A DNA stretch of 36,142 nt, taken from positions 70,804,940-70,841,081 of the forward strand of contig NC_068987.1 of NCBI RefSeq assembly GCF_001194135.2, read 5' to 3'. Positions 11,148 through 23,890 of the stretch are shown in pieces. Position 1 is the first letter of the stretch; each line of letters starts with the position of its first letter. The position numbers and the translations under genes were made by a program. This stretch comes from Octopus bimaculoides. Its lineage: Eukaryota. The notes beneath the pieces are model-generated. The model saw nothing but the letters and a program-made list of their open reading frames with translations, searched no databases and was not told where the DNA came from.

Positions 11148-11620
11148 GTAAGGTCTCCCACATTTGCTGCTTTGTAATATATTCTCTGTATAGAAACAGG
11201 AACATCTTGCTTGCATTCATTACTTCAAGTGAAAGTGGTGAAAAAATATTATCTTATCATAGTTTCATAATAACATTCACAATAGAATGAACCACTTATC
11301 ATGTATTCAAATATGGCGTAATTGGAAACCAGCCTAAATGTTAGTCTGTTGTAATGTATTCTTGTCAAGGACACTTGAGATTAAATTACTATCATGAGAA
11401 AACAATATATTCCAGTAAAAATCACAAGCAGATCGATACCACGCTGTACTAAAATAAAATCCAGATCAGGATCTGGAAAAAATATTTTTAGCATTCAAAT
11501 ATCGTTCGAAGTTTTCTGGCCGTTTCTCTTCATTAAGAAATTTGACTCACATTCAAGTTTTGTTTAGTTTCCAACAAATGATGGGTGCACAACTAGTATC
11601 ACTTCAAACACATTTTTCAG

Positions 11621-11653
11621 AGATATCCAACAGCAGATTGACGAGTTCCTCAG
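11621..11653 (+). CDS. Candidate 33-nt exon (phase 2 to 2): (K)DIQQQIDEFL(R/S)
   Basis: Acceptor cacatttttcag, donor CAG|gtacat; continues the Gln-rich frame of the previous candidate. Confidence 0.4.
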
Positions 11654-12169
11654 GTACATAGGACAACTAACCACTTCTATACAAGATTTAATCCTATTTG
11701 ATGAGGCGTAATGAAAAAAGAAAAATAATCAATATTAACTGCTGGCACCAATAGTGTAGCGGCCACCAGTGGTGTTTATAATGAGGATTTTGTAAATTAA
11801 AGGAGTAGAAATTCCGTAATTAACTGTCGGTAATTTCTGTAAATTAGTTGATCCAATTAGTTAGGATGTGTAATTAAAGTAAGAGAAGATACGTAAATAA
11901 AACATAAACAATTTTTATTGATTTGTAGCTTGGTGAAAGCAATACATTTTCATTTGTAGCAATCTTACCTAAATTACAAACATTAGCATCTTATCGAATT
12001 GCATGCTATCTGAAATATTGTTATATGGATGTGAAGATAGCATCCATCCACATATAAGCACAATACAATGCGCGCAGACGTTTTAAATAAATGCATTTCT
12101 ATACAATAGGTATATAGATAGACATACTTACGAATACGTACACATATATATTTATATACATATGTATGC

Positions 12170-12201
<32 letters not shown>

Positions 12202-12504
12202 CTGTGTGTGTGTCTGTGTGTGTGTGTGTTTATGTATGTATGTATTTANNNNNNNNNNTTTATTTATCTCTCTCTATATTTTTAAGCAAGTATGGAAATT
12301 GGAATTTCAGTAAAGGGAATACAAACTGGCATTTGTATACAAAATTCAAGTTTATATATATATTAAATAAATAGTTATTATGCTATCGTTATTAAATTTG
12401 TTAAATTCATTTCAAGTTACCAAAACAACGATTTGAAGCAAACTATTAATAATTTCTCGTATACATATGTGCTTACAAATGAACATGGATGTGGATATAT
12501 ATAT

Positions 12505-12665
12505 ACGTGTGTGTATGTTTGTATGTATGTATGTATGTATGTATGCATGCACGTACGTATGTGTGTATGTATATGTGTACGTACGTATTTATGTATCTAT
12601 GTATGTACGTATGTATGTATGTACGTACGTATGTATGTATGTATGTATGTATGTACGTATGTAGG
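12505..12665. repeat. (ATGT)n microsatellite
   Basis: Directly visible; similar tracts occur at 28437-28522 and 30183-30260. Confidence 0.9.
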
Positions 12666-12833
12666 CATGAATGTATTCGATTCGGTTCCAGTTGACTTTC
12701 TACCAGGCCTCTAACAGAAATCCATCTCTTCCAAGCTTAGATTACTGATAATTCCATAGAGCTGAAACTCTTTTAAATAATATATGTAACTCCAACTAAA
12801 TGTGTCGCATGCGTTTTTCTCTCGTTTGTCCAG

Positions 12834-12882
<49 letters not shown>

Positions 12883-13192
12883 NNNNNNNNNNNNNNNNNN
12901 NNNNNNNNNNNNNNNNNNNNNNNNNNNNNNNNNNNNNNNNNNNNNNNNNNNNNNNNNNNNNNNNNNNNNNNNNNNNNNNNNNNNNNNNNNNNNNNNNNNN
13001 NNNNNNNNNNNNNNNNNNNNNNNNNNNNNNNNNNNNNNNNNNNNNNNNNNNNNNNNNNNNNNNNNNNNNNNNNNNNNNNNNNNNNNNNNNNNNNNNNNNN
13101 NNNNNNNNNNNNNNNNNNNNNNNNNNNNNNNNNNNNNNNNNNNNNNNNNNNNNNNNNNNNNNNNNNNNNNNNNNNNNNNNNNNNNNNNNNNN

Positions 13193-13458
13193 AGTTACGG
13201 GGACATAAACACACCAGCATCGGTTGTCAAGCGATGTTGGGGGGACAAACACAGACATACAAACACACACACACACACATACACATATATATACACATAT
13301 ACGACGGGCTTCTTTCAGTTTCCGTCTACCAAATCCACTCACAAGGCATTGGTCGGCCCGAGGCTATAGTAGAAGGCACTTGCCCAAGATGCCACGCAGT
13401 GGGACTGAACCCGGGACCATGTGGTTGGTAAGCAAGCTACTTACCACACAGCCACTCC
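13193..13458 (-). mobile_element. tRNA-derived SINE (octopus OK/OR-like), head + central microsatellite + part of tail, truncated by a gap
   Basis: Reverse complement reads ggagtggctgtgtggtaag (A-box-like), ggttcagtccc (B-box-like), gtgagtggatttggtagacggaaactgaaagaagcccgtcg, (TA)/(TG)n, gtttgtcccccc..cgcttgacaaccgatgctggtgtg. Confidence 0.85.
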
Positions 13459-13520
13459 TATATATATATATATAATTTAGGCACCAGAATTAAGTATGGT
13501 ATTATCCATACAGTTTCAAA

Positions 13521-15276
13521 ATAAGGTGATTAAAGTGAAATTAAGCAACAAGGATATCCAAATTTAATGCAGTACGATCGTGTCATACGATTCCATTTAA
13601 TTAAACAATGTGAACATTACATCAAATAGAAAATGCATAGCAATCCTCAACTGCACAAAGATATAGAAATTTTATGAAATTACATTTAAACAGAAGGACA
13701 TATTTTTATAACTACATTTAAACTATCCAAGTAGAAAGGAAGAATGCATATTGACTTAGCGAGACCAAACAGTCGAGTAAATATTTCTAAGCTGATTTTT
13801 AACTGTCATTGATTTTATTTGTTTTTTGTTTCCTATTTATGAACTATCTAATCAGACCTAGTGATTCAAAGCTTAAGAGGACACTGGCATTTTCTTTGTC
13901 GGGTAAGGTGTAAATAGTACAGGCAGTAAACATGGATGATATAGTTATAAAATTTCTTAGGGTTTGGTAACAAACTACTATAGGGGCGGTGATTTCACTA
14001 CTAGCAGACCCGTTCATAATGGAACAGGGGAAGTATTTTCATAAGGCACCTAGGTCAAACGTTTATAAAATAGAGTTGCTATATTGTATACAGATACAGT
14101 AAATGGTTATTCATAGTTTTCATTAATCAGAATAATATATCAGTATTGTTTTACATATGCTAAGTTTGAAATACTTGAGATTCCAATATTTGCTTAATTA
14201 ATATGTGAATATATAATGGCTAATTATAAATTAATAATGAAAAAAAAATGAAATAGTGTATAATAATGTAAATAATCAATTAAGGCAGTATACAAAAGCA
14301 ATGAGGTGGTATTAATTTAAAACGCTATGGTAAAGTACATTTAGACATATTTACACCAATATAAATGACCCATAGATAAGATGTGAAAATTAAAATTTTT
14401 ATATATATATTGGACTAAAGTTTTAAAATTAAACTTATATATCTAATATCCTTTAAAGGACACATAAGAGATAAATTTTAGTCCAGTATATATAAACATT
14501 TTAATTTTCACATCTTATCTATGGGTCATTTATATTGGTGTAAATAACTCTAAATGTACTTTACCATAGCATTTTAAATTAATACCACCTCATTGTTTTT
14601 GTATACTGCCTTAATTGATTATTTACATTATTATACGCTATTTCATTATTCTGATTAATGAAAACTATGAATAGCCATTTACTGTATCTGTATACAATAT
14701 AGCAACTTTATTTTATAAACGTTTGACCTAGGTGCCTTATGAGAATATTTCCCCTGTTCTATTATAAACTGGTCTGCTAGTAGTGAAATCACTGCCCCTA
14801 TAGTAGTTTGTTACCAAACCCTAAGAAATGTTATAACTATATCATCCATGGTTATTGCCTGTACTAGTTACCACTTACCCGACAAAGAAAATGCCAGTGT
14901 CTTCTTGAGCTTTGAATCACTAGATCTCATAAGCTTGTCCATAAATCAGAAACAAACAAAAAACAACTAAAATCAATGACAGTTAAAAATCTCCTTAGAA
15001 TTATTTACTAGCATCTATGGTCTGGTTAAGTCAAAATGTTTTTTTTTTCGTATTCTTCCTTTCTACTTGGAGAGTTTAGCTGTAGTTATAAAAATACGTC
15101 CTCCTGTTTAAATGTAATTTCATAAAATTTCTATATCTTTGTGCAGCTGAGGATTGCTCTGCATTTTATATTTGATGTAATGTTAACATTGCTTAATTAA
15201 ATGGAGTCGTATGAAACGGTCGTACTGCATTAACTTTGGATATCCTTGTTGCTTATTTTGACTTTAATCACCTTAT
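13521..15276. mobile_element. Large foldback/palindromic element (arms ~930 and ~820 bp), non-coding
   Basis: 13521 ataaggtgattaaagt... mirrors ...actttaatcaccttat 15276. The arms align throughout, e.g. catagttttcattaatcagaataat and ttataaaatagagttgctatattgtatacagatacagtaaatgg. Symmetry centre is cctttaaagg at 14450-14459; a possible TA sits at each end. Confidence 0.85.
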
Positions 15277-17702
15277 ATATATATATATTCACACACACAT
15301 ATTGAAAGTTTAAATAAATGGGTTATCTTCTATGTTCGCCGTCTTGGTAATAATGAATCGCTTTGTATTTTGCCTATTGCCAGCAGGTACTTCCAAATAT
15401 AAGCAGTTAATTCTTCAAATAAAATATTTGGCTCGGAATATATTACGATTTCACATAACTGTATGTGTGTGAGTGTGTGTGAGTGTGTGCGTGTTTGCGT
15501 GTATGTGTGTAATATAATATTTAAATACACATTACCTTATGTTTTCAATACACAGATGATACGAATGAATAACGCCAGAATGTGGTTTGACTATATTTTC
15601 GAATGCAACCGATTTGTTGTTGAACTGAAAGTTAAGCAAAATCATAAACAATACCCATTGACCTCTTTCAATTAACCTACAACATTGCAAATTATATATG
15701 AAAATGTTTGTTTGATATTGTTGTTGATATTGTTTCAACTAACATGTCAGTCATTGTTTTAAATACTCACTATATGGCTTTGGTTAGAACATCTACTCCT
15801 GCAAAGCCATATGCTATAAAATAGGTTTGATGTTTATAATGAGGGATGATGGGGAGGAGGTTGGTGTTCCGAAACTTAGAATATTTAATTCATTTATGTC
15901 AAAATGTATGTAAGTGTTATTAAAAGTAAAATCGAATTTAAGCGTCAAAGTAACATTTTAATCTTAAAATGTTTTATATAAATAATATTTCTCCATTAAC
16001 GCTGATAAAATAAAATTATGATCGATTAAAATTTAATTAAATTAATAAATTATTTGCGTTCATAAAAATATCAATATTTCTCTATATCAATTCGTATAGA
16101 ATTCTAAGCATAAACATACGCTACGTCAATAACTCTCTGTAATAAAACAACATATATCTGTCTTTCTCGCTTTTCGCACCTCCTAAGCTCCCAATTACAT
16201 TATTTCCCTATCTCAATTTATTCTCTTCCTCTACCGTTCTCTTCTCGTACTCTCTCTCTCCGTCTCTTTCTCACTCGCTATAAATAATTGTTTTCTTATA
16301 TCACATATGATAAAAATAAGTCGATATTAATGTTTTTCCATGCAAATTAAGGATATCTGCATGAAAAAGATGTAAATAGATAATTCCATCGTTGTTTTCA
16401 TAAATTCGGATATCTTTTAAGAGAAGTGCATCTTTTTAGTGTTTGAATTATGTTGTAATGAAATATTAAAATATTGATTCATCTGTTGGGTTTTACAGTT
16501 AAAAACCTTTTGGTTAATTCGCTTACAACAATTTTATCTTATACGTAAAATATCCTCTGAAGCAATGAAAATCGGCTCGATACTTTTTAAGGCCATAATA
16601 GCGATGTATCGATGCATATTTATAACATCACAATATTTATTAATGGGCAATTTCATTATGACTAGGTTTTGGCCGAAACAATCTGCTGAAAATTCAAACT
16701 GTCTTTTGAGTTGGTTTTTCGCCTTTTCCATTTAATCTTCCCACGGATTTCAGACATCTCTGGTGAACAGTTACACCTTATTCTAGACAATCCGAAGAAA
16801 GAGACGTAAGAAAGATTTTGCTTGATAATTATTTCTTTAAAGAAACCATTTTTAAGCTGACTGTTTGCAGTCTCTTCCTTATTACTAAATGGATATTCAA
16901 AAATGTACTGAGATTTCCTATCAGAGTTAAGAGAGCATATAAAATTTGAAATAAGCATATATTTTACTAACTATCGACATATTATTCAGATAACATTCTA
17001 AAATCATAGCCCCTAATCATTTGAAATAATACTGTTGATGAAACAAGATGAGCCATCACTTGATAACATGAAAACTGCGTACATACATACATACAGACAG
17101 TTAGACAGATATGACTAGGGTGTTAAAAAACAACTACATTACTAAAAATAAGAACTAAAATGGTCTAATGCTGTAGGTAATGAACATGAATGAAAGCATA
17201 TACACTAACTGGGACCATAATCGTCCGAAAGACGCCAACCGATGAATCTTAAGACTGACGGCAGTTTCGACAATTTCCGGTGCCATATTCATTTAAGCCA
17301 GCTCGTCGTTCGGCTTTTCCCGGACAGGTTTCTCTATTAGTATATATGTTTTCGTCATCCAAATTAATGAATGATTTAGCGATTCGCTAATGTGTACACA
17401 CAAAACTAATATAAAAAGCAGATTACAATGTTTCACCAAAAAGGAGAATTATAACTGCCACTAAATGTGACTACGGCGTGTATATATATATATATATATA
17501 TATAAGGTGGATACGTACGCAGCGATGTATTAAATATTAATAAATTCCATCCTGATATTGTTATTATTATGTCTATCCCACATTATATCGGTATAACCAT
17601 GATGCAACCCATAAATCTGACTCACTAGTCAGTATCATTAAACGGTAACCGGCATAATGAAATAGGAACTTTATCTGCATACTCCGAAAGTTACATAAAA
17701 CG

Positions 17703-17745
<43 letters not shown>

Positions 17746-20509
17746 CACACACAAACACTTAAATCGAATTTTGTCGATATCTGATGCAGTTTATTGCATT
17801 GATTTATGATGAAATCTTACTTTATATAAAGCTACTAAATTCAGTCACTGTACATGTCTAATAAATGCAGCATGTACTTTTCCCGTAGATCTATAACCGA
17901 AGATTATATTATATCCATGCTTAGAAATTTAAACAATGATATAATGCTAGGAGTTAGGAACACATAAAGTAATTCGTCGATTTCTTTGTTTCATCACAAA
18001 AATTCCATCCTTATCAAAGTACATCTTAGTTAATGTTGAATTGTTTATCTTTCTGATTGATGAGTCCTTCAATTTCTTCCAAATTAAGATTTCGTTTCGA
18101 ATACAGTGTCGATGATTTGTGTGTGTATATATGTTATCTTACGTGAGCGTACTTTCCTATTTGTATAAGAAATGTGGAAGAATAAAATTAATCTGTTAAC
18201 CTGCTTTTTCTTTTCAATATCTCTCTTTCGATTTCCTTACCTTTTCATTTCTTCGCTTTCATCCAGATCTGCCACACAGTAAGGTAGATTAGGGATGTTC
18301 TTAAAACAAAGGTATTAGAATTATAATGCGAACGTCATACCAGCTTAAATTGTATGGCCACATAATTTCCGTTGATAAAAGGTTTATACAGCTGCTGAAT
18401 TCTTAAGCAGTATACATATTGTGAGTTTCCATTGAATAATGATAATTCTTGAGATACAACATGCATCAACATAAGAATAAGAAATAGAATTCGAATGAGG
18501 CAGAGATAGATATTCATAAACAAATGTAATTGTTGAGTAGAATATCTGCTGGGTAAACAGAAAATGCAGTATGAAAGATAAGTTACAAATTATAGGTTTT
18601 CTTTCACAAGTTATAAACTCTATATGGTTAGAGGAGCTGTGTTAGGTACACACGTTTTGAGCAAGGACAAATATCAGGCTCTCTTGTAATTTAGAGGTGG
18701 AGCGTTTAACATTATAAACTATTTTGCTAAATCTCGCCAAATCGCTGAATAATCCTGAATACGTTCTCTTCTAAAGACATTCAGTCGTCGGATACTAAGC
18801 TTAATTTGTTATATGTAGTATTTTGATAGTAAAGCTTGAGTGCAATCTATGTTATGGTGCTTTGATTTCTCTTATTATATTACATGGAATCTACGTCAAC
18901 TGCATCTGCCACGATTCAGTCCAAAGCCATAAAACTGTATGTCATGCCAAGAGTTTCTAATATATTGATGACAATATTCTGGCAATATATTTTGATAATT
19001 GATATATGATTCTAAAATATGTTTCGCCTTGTTAGAATTCTCATTCTTATCATGTGTATAGCATGCTCTCCCCCCTCTCTCTCTCTCACACACACGCATG
19101 GAATAGACTCACAGACGCACATAAACGCATATAGGATTTTAGCAGAACATCTTTTGTATACTAAAAAATTGTCCATTTATTTTATATTTCTCCCTACTTT
19201 TAGTTCCAAATCAGCAGTTTGGCTGACTAATCTCCTTTAAATAACTTCTAGTTATGTCCTTTTAAGGAGTTTATATGATTACTGAAATAAGTTTGCTAAT
19301 TTTCATTGTTGCCTAACGCAATCCACTATGATGCCATCTTATTGATGTCCTCTTGTAATTTTGACATCCCATTCATGTAGAAGCTAATCGAAAGCCATCT
19401 TGCAAGAGATCCACGCTGGTGACTGTTTTGGTTTTTGTATACTTTCACGGTTTTCTATACCTAATATTTAACAAGTGGTCAATTGCGTCGTAGGATCTTT
19501 CCTGCGCCTAATACTTTTCTACAGTAAACTTCTTGTTTGAAATGCTTAATAATTATTTTACAAAGCAATTTACGCATTATTAAGAAACAAATTTGGTTCC
19601 GTAGATACATGGACTATATTTTATCTCCTTATTAGGAACATGTTTGCCCAAACAATGAGGAACCAACAAGGTGCTTGGTCGGCTCTCTATTAAGAGGTCA
19701 CTGAATTGGATGTTGCTCCGAAACCACGGGTATCAAATGAAAACCACAGTAAGTTAAACAGATGTTGTATTCCGTTGAAATTTCGTGACAGACCTCTATA
19801 CTCGTTTCATAGGAATGTTTTCTTACATGTTATTTTATGTACTATAATATTGAATGTTAAGTTTCCTGCCCTCTTCTCCAGAAGATAACAAAGTGTGGGA
19901 CATGATGAACAAGAAAGTGCATAAAAACATAGATAAACCATGATGCATGTACAATAGATCATTAAACCAATGATTCACATTTACCTTCATAGAAGGTTCA
20001 GCTCCTTATAGCGAAAAATACTTCCAGGAAACTCGGTGATATTTTTACGCATACATGTGTAACTAATTGGTCTAAAATTCATGCAAAGTTTGCGATACCT
20101 CAAAACCTATAGGATCGTAAGAAGCTATACTTCCAGATTTCAATGTGAGACTGAAGAATTTGTTAGAATGCATCATGAAGTAGGGAATGGCTAAACAGTT
20201 CAAAGGTTCATTTTACTCAAGTTAATTACAGGAGAGATCTCTTCCAACATGCACTTAAATTTCCGACAGAAGTTAGCATCTTACCTCACGATATTGAGAT
20301 AATAGTAAGATATTTCTAACAGACTTCAAACATTTATATTACATATTATGAATGATGAAATACTATTTCATAATTCCTCTCCTTTTAAGTATTTACATCA
20401 TACAAGTAAATTGATGTTTTATGAATTTATGGGATTTGTCATCCGAAAAAGTTGGCAATTTATTTTACGAAATAATTTACTTACATCTACAAACATTTCA
20501 ACTCATTCA

Positions 20510-20630
20510 AATAAGTACTAGTCTTAAGAATATAAGTCCTGGGGTCGATTTGTTCGACTAACATCCTTCTAGGCAGTGCACCAGCATGGCTGCTTTCAAA
20601 TGACTGAAACAAGTAAAAGTAAAAAAGAAA
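20510..20630 (+). mobile_element. SINE 3' end fragment
   Basis: ataagtactag..aagtcctggggtcgatttgttcgactaa..ccagcatggc..aaatgactgaaacaagtaaaag. Confidence 0.75.
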
Positions 20631-20799
20631 CAAGAAATGATATCCTTAGATATTTTGATATTTATTTTACAGGGAAAATGGGCAAAATCATCCGACCTCT
20701 TTCTGATACAAAATTGAATCATACTGATAAATTTGCACCTTATAAAAGTAGAGCTTACTCCAGACTAATAAAATAATTTGGGTCGAAACAAAACTGACG

Positions 20800-23070
20800 G
20801 TAGTGCTAGTGTATACACGTACTACAATGGTATATTAAGTGGTGGGCAGCACAATATTGATATTGTGATTGTGTATATTACATTTAGTTTATCTGAATTT
20901 GTATTAGCAAACACGTTCCGTGTTTTGTTTTCATCTACATCGTGAATTACAATAGAGGGCATTCTTTCCGTAGGCTATTCAGGCTTTTGACCGGGGCTGT
21001 ATACTGATAAACTATGAACAAAATTCACACAGCATATTATCTCCGTATAATTATTTCTGCAGATAGAAGCTACTTTGAAATATAATTTGCCCTGTGCTGG
21101 CAATGACCGCTCTCTCAAAGAAGGTGATGATGAAGAAATAAAATGTTCAAAGAGGCGTCACAAATGACTTCTAATTGTAATCCTCTGAAGTTATATGTGG
21201 CTACCCATTAAATCGACCCAAAACCGACACACACTATATCAAAAATAATTTGCCATATGATAAAATCGATTGGCTATATCATAGAATCCTTGCATCAGTA
21301 AAAGTATACAATGCTTATGTGTATATTGAAATAAGTTCATCAGTTACGGCTTTAAGCTTTTTGTATAGAAATGGCGAGGGAGAATTGCGATAAATTTACA
21401 CCTGAGATGTAGAATACAGGAGAAAGGAGCAAGAGAAATTATTGAATTAATGTGTCTAAATGTTGCATAGATACTATGTCTTGGTATATTGATAATATGT
21501 TAGAAGTGGAGGCACTTTAGCAGTCTTATAGATTCTACATTCATTACGAATGCCCCACCTCCAGTAGTTAATTATTAATTGTTGAAAGGAAAAGCGAAAG
21601 ATATTTGAAAACAGTGTGTGGTGGACAGAAATCATAAGACTACTGTCATTCGATTTTTCACAACAAATTGCGTGGATGAACCTGATTGACGTATATTGAA
21701 GTGTAATTCATGATATAGATTAAAAAACAAAACATGGAATTCATTTTCTAATAAATAAGCTGATAACCTGAACGCAATACATATAATTAACATATCAACG
21801 CTATCAGTGCTCAATACTTCATATACTCTGTATTAGCTATACCTTAGCAACGCCGTCAGTTATATTTCGGCCACAATATTATTAGTAATCTGTAGTAAAC
21901 TCCACATTTATATACTGCTATTCTATTTTCTATATGTTTTCATTTTGTATCGGATATATGTCGAATGATTGTGCCCATTTTCGCTGAGGAGTAATATCAA
22001 AAGCTCTAAGCAAATCATTCGAATAATCTGACAAAAAGCAAATGAACAAAGCTTGTTTCTCGTCGAAATACTGAAATATGGTGGTGGTTTTGATACACAA
22101 ATTTGGAAGAGCTGGCCATTGTTTGGGTCAGCAATGCCCACGTTACAAAGCAGTATAACAATTACTGAGGTCAATAAATGAATCAGCGTGTATAACACAT
22201 GAACCACGGACGTGAATCCCACTCTCCTAAGTATCAAAATCGTGGGGGTTTTTTTCAAATTTTCTATCTTCGATCTACTGATAGATCATTGACTGGAGTC
22301 TCCTAACAATAACGATGAACAACTGAAGCAGTGTTTGGCCATTAATTTGAGATTTTCTGTCTCCGAAATGTAATATTCTTCATTTTTTTCATCAATGTTG
22401 TCTGTACCAAAAACATGTTATTTCTTTAAGAAACACTATACACATCAAAACTCTGACAAGAAACAGACGTAATTGCTCATTCATCATTCATCAACATTAT
22501 AATCAAAAACTATGACGATCATTGCCAATAAAACAGCCTAGAGCAAGTGCCCCTCTTTTTCTACTTGAATCTTTCCGGTCAGGTATTGTTTTGCTGGTCA
22601 CTCAAAACACGCTGATTATTTACATATATATTCTCTATTGTTTTGATTACTAGTAGATACATAGGCAGGGCTTGAATGTCCAATATTTTTAGTACATTAT
22701 TATTATTCAGGTCGATTGTAGCGGTAATATTACTATCACACTTCCTAAAATTCACACCATTATTTATATCAGCACACTCATTGCTCCTGAGAAATAGATT
22801 GTTGTACTCGCGCTTTACAGCTTCGATTTTTAACATCATCGTGCAATTTCCACTTTTACTATATAAGTTGGTACTGTCCACATAGCTAGACATTTTTTTG
22901 TTGCTGATAGGTAATGTTTGTTCATAACAAGGAGAGTATGAGTTGAAGTGGTTCATTTGGTTCCGGTATCGGTGCACTGATGTCCAGTATGATTTGTGAA
23001 TATCAATAACGGTAGAAGAAAAGGAAAACAACCCCTTCGTCCATTCGTTGTTTTGTTTACTTTAGATATC
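20800..23070 (-). pseudogene. Decayed coding sequence with WSC-like and C-type-lectin-like Cys/Trp patterns and a possible TM segment
   Basis: A 150-codon ORF at 22579-23031 (YWTSVHR...SGNCTMM...NEC...RKC). Frameshifted LGCF (22530-22541), MSNYVC (22463-22480), LKEITCF and HCFSC (22319-22330) fit WSC order. A long, few-stop frame at ~20830-21160 ends in a hydrophobic stretch (VIYTITISILCC). Confidence 0.35.
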
Positions 23071-23189
23071 TTTGCGTTACTATATCCTGAGATATATCAG
23101 TCTAGCCTTTGTGAATTTGACAGTATATCCTCGTATAGGATATGCGTACAAATAACAAAAACAATGATAATAATAATTAGTAATATATA

Positions 23190-23310
23190 CTACCGGCTTC
23201 GTTCAGTTTCCACCTAAAAAATCCTCTCACAATGCTTGTGTCGACCCTAGGCTACAGCAGAAAACACTTCTCTAAGGTGCCACAAAGTAGGACTGGACCC
23301 GAAACTACAG
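23190..23310 (-). mobile_element. Degraded SINE head
   Basis: cggcttcgttcagtttcc...ctcacaatgctt...aaggtgccac...ggactggaccc is the reverse complement of the head. Confidence 0.65.
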
Positions 23311-23667
23311 CCAGTGATCTACAAACAGGACCATTCACATTTCAAAGCAACTATGGCAGAAATAAATCGAGCGTCGAGAAATATATTTTACTTAATTTCT
23401 TCCGTCTCTTTACGTTCTGACTGTAATTCCGTCGAAGTCATCTTTCACTTGCGTCACTGCATTGTCGTTAAAATAAAGTAACACCCGTGTACTTGTGCTA
23501 ATAATATCATCTAACTTCTTATCTTTAAAATTTGCTAGCCTTATGCATAAATTCAAATTCATGGTACTTTTTTTTTCTTTTTTTAATCTTTCTTCATTCT
23601 CATTATTGCAAGCATATTCACCATCACCATCATTAACTTCATTAACATCATCATTATATATGCAAAT

Positions 23668-23842
23668 GTGTGGCTGTGTGGTAAGAAGCTTACTTCTCAA
23701 CCACATGGCTTTGGGTTTAATTCCCCTGCATGGCACCGTCGTGTCTTGTTTTAGCTTCGGACCGACCAAAGTCTTGTGAGTGAATTTGGTAGACAGAAAC
23801 TGAAATAAATCTATCGTATATATATAATATATATGCATATAG

Positions 23843-23890
<48 letters not shown>
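23668..23890 (+). mobile_element. SINE head followed by (TG)n and a gap
   Basis: tggctgtgtggtaagaagctt...ccgaccaaagtcttgtgagtgaatttggtagacagaaactgaaa. Confidence 0.8.

Noticed and set aside
13340-13458. tRNA-like A/B boxes
   Set aside because: They are the SINE head; there is no cloverleaf and the SINE body follows.
16662-16958. Minus-strand ORF and a GEKP motif in another frame
   Set aside because: No C2H2 Cys/His spacing around it.
19200-20300. Possible further decayed coding sequence on the minus strand
   Set aside because: Stop density looks similar to random AT-rich DNA, and there are no diagnostic motifs.
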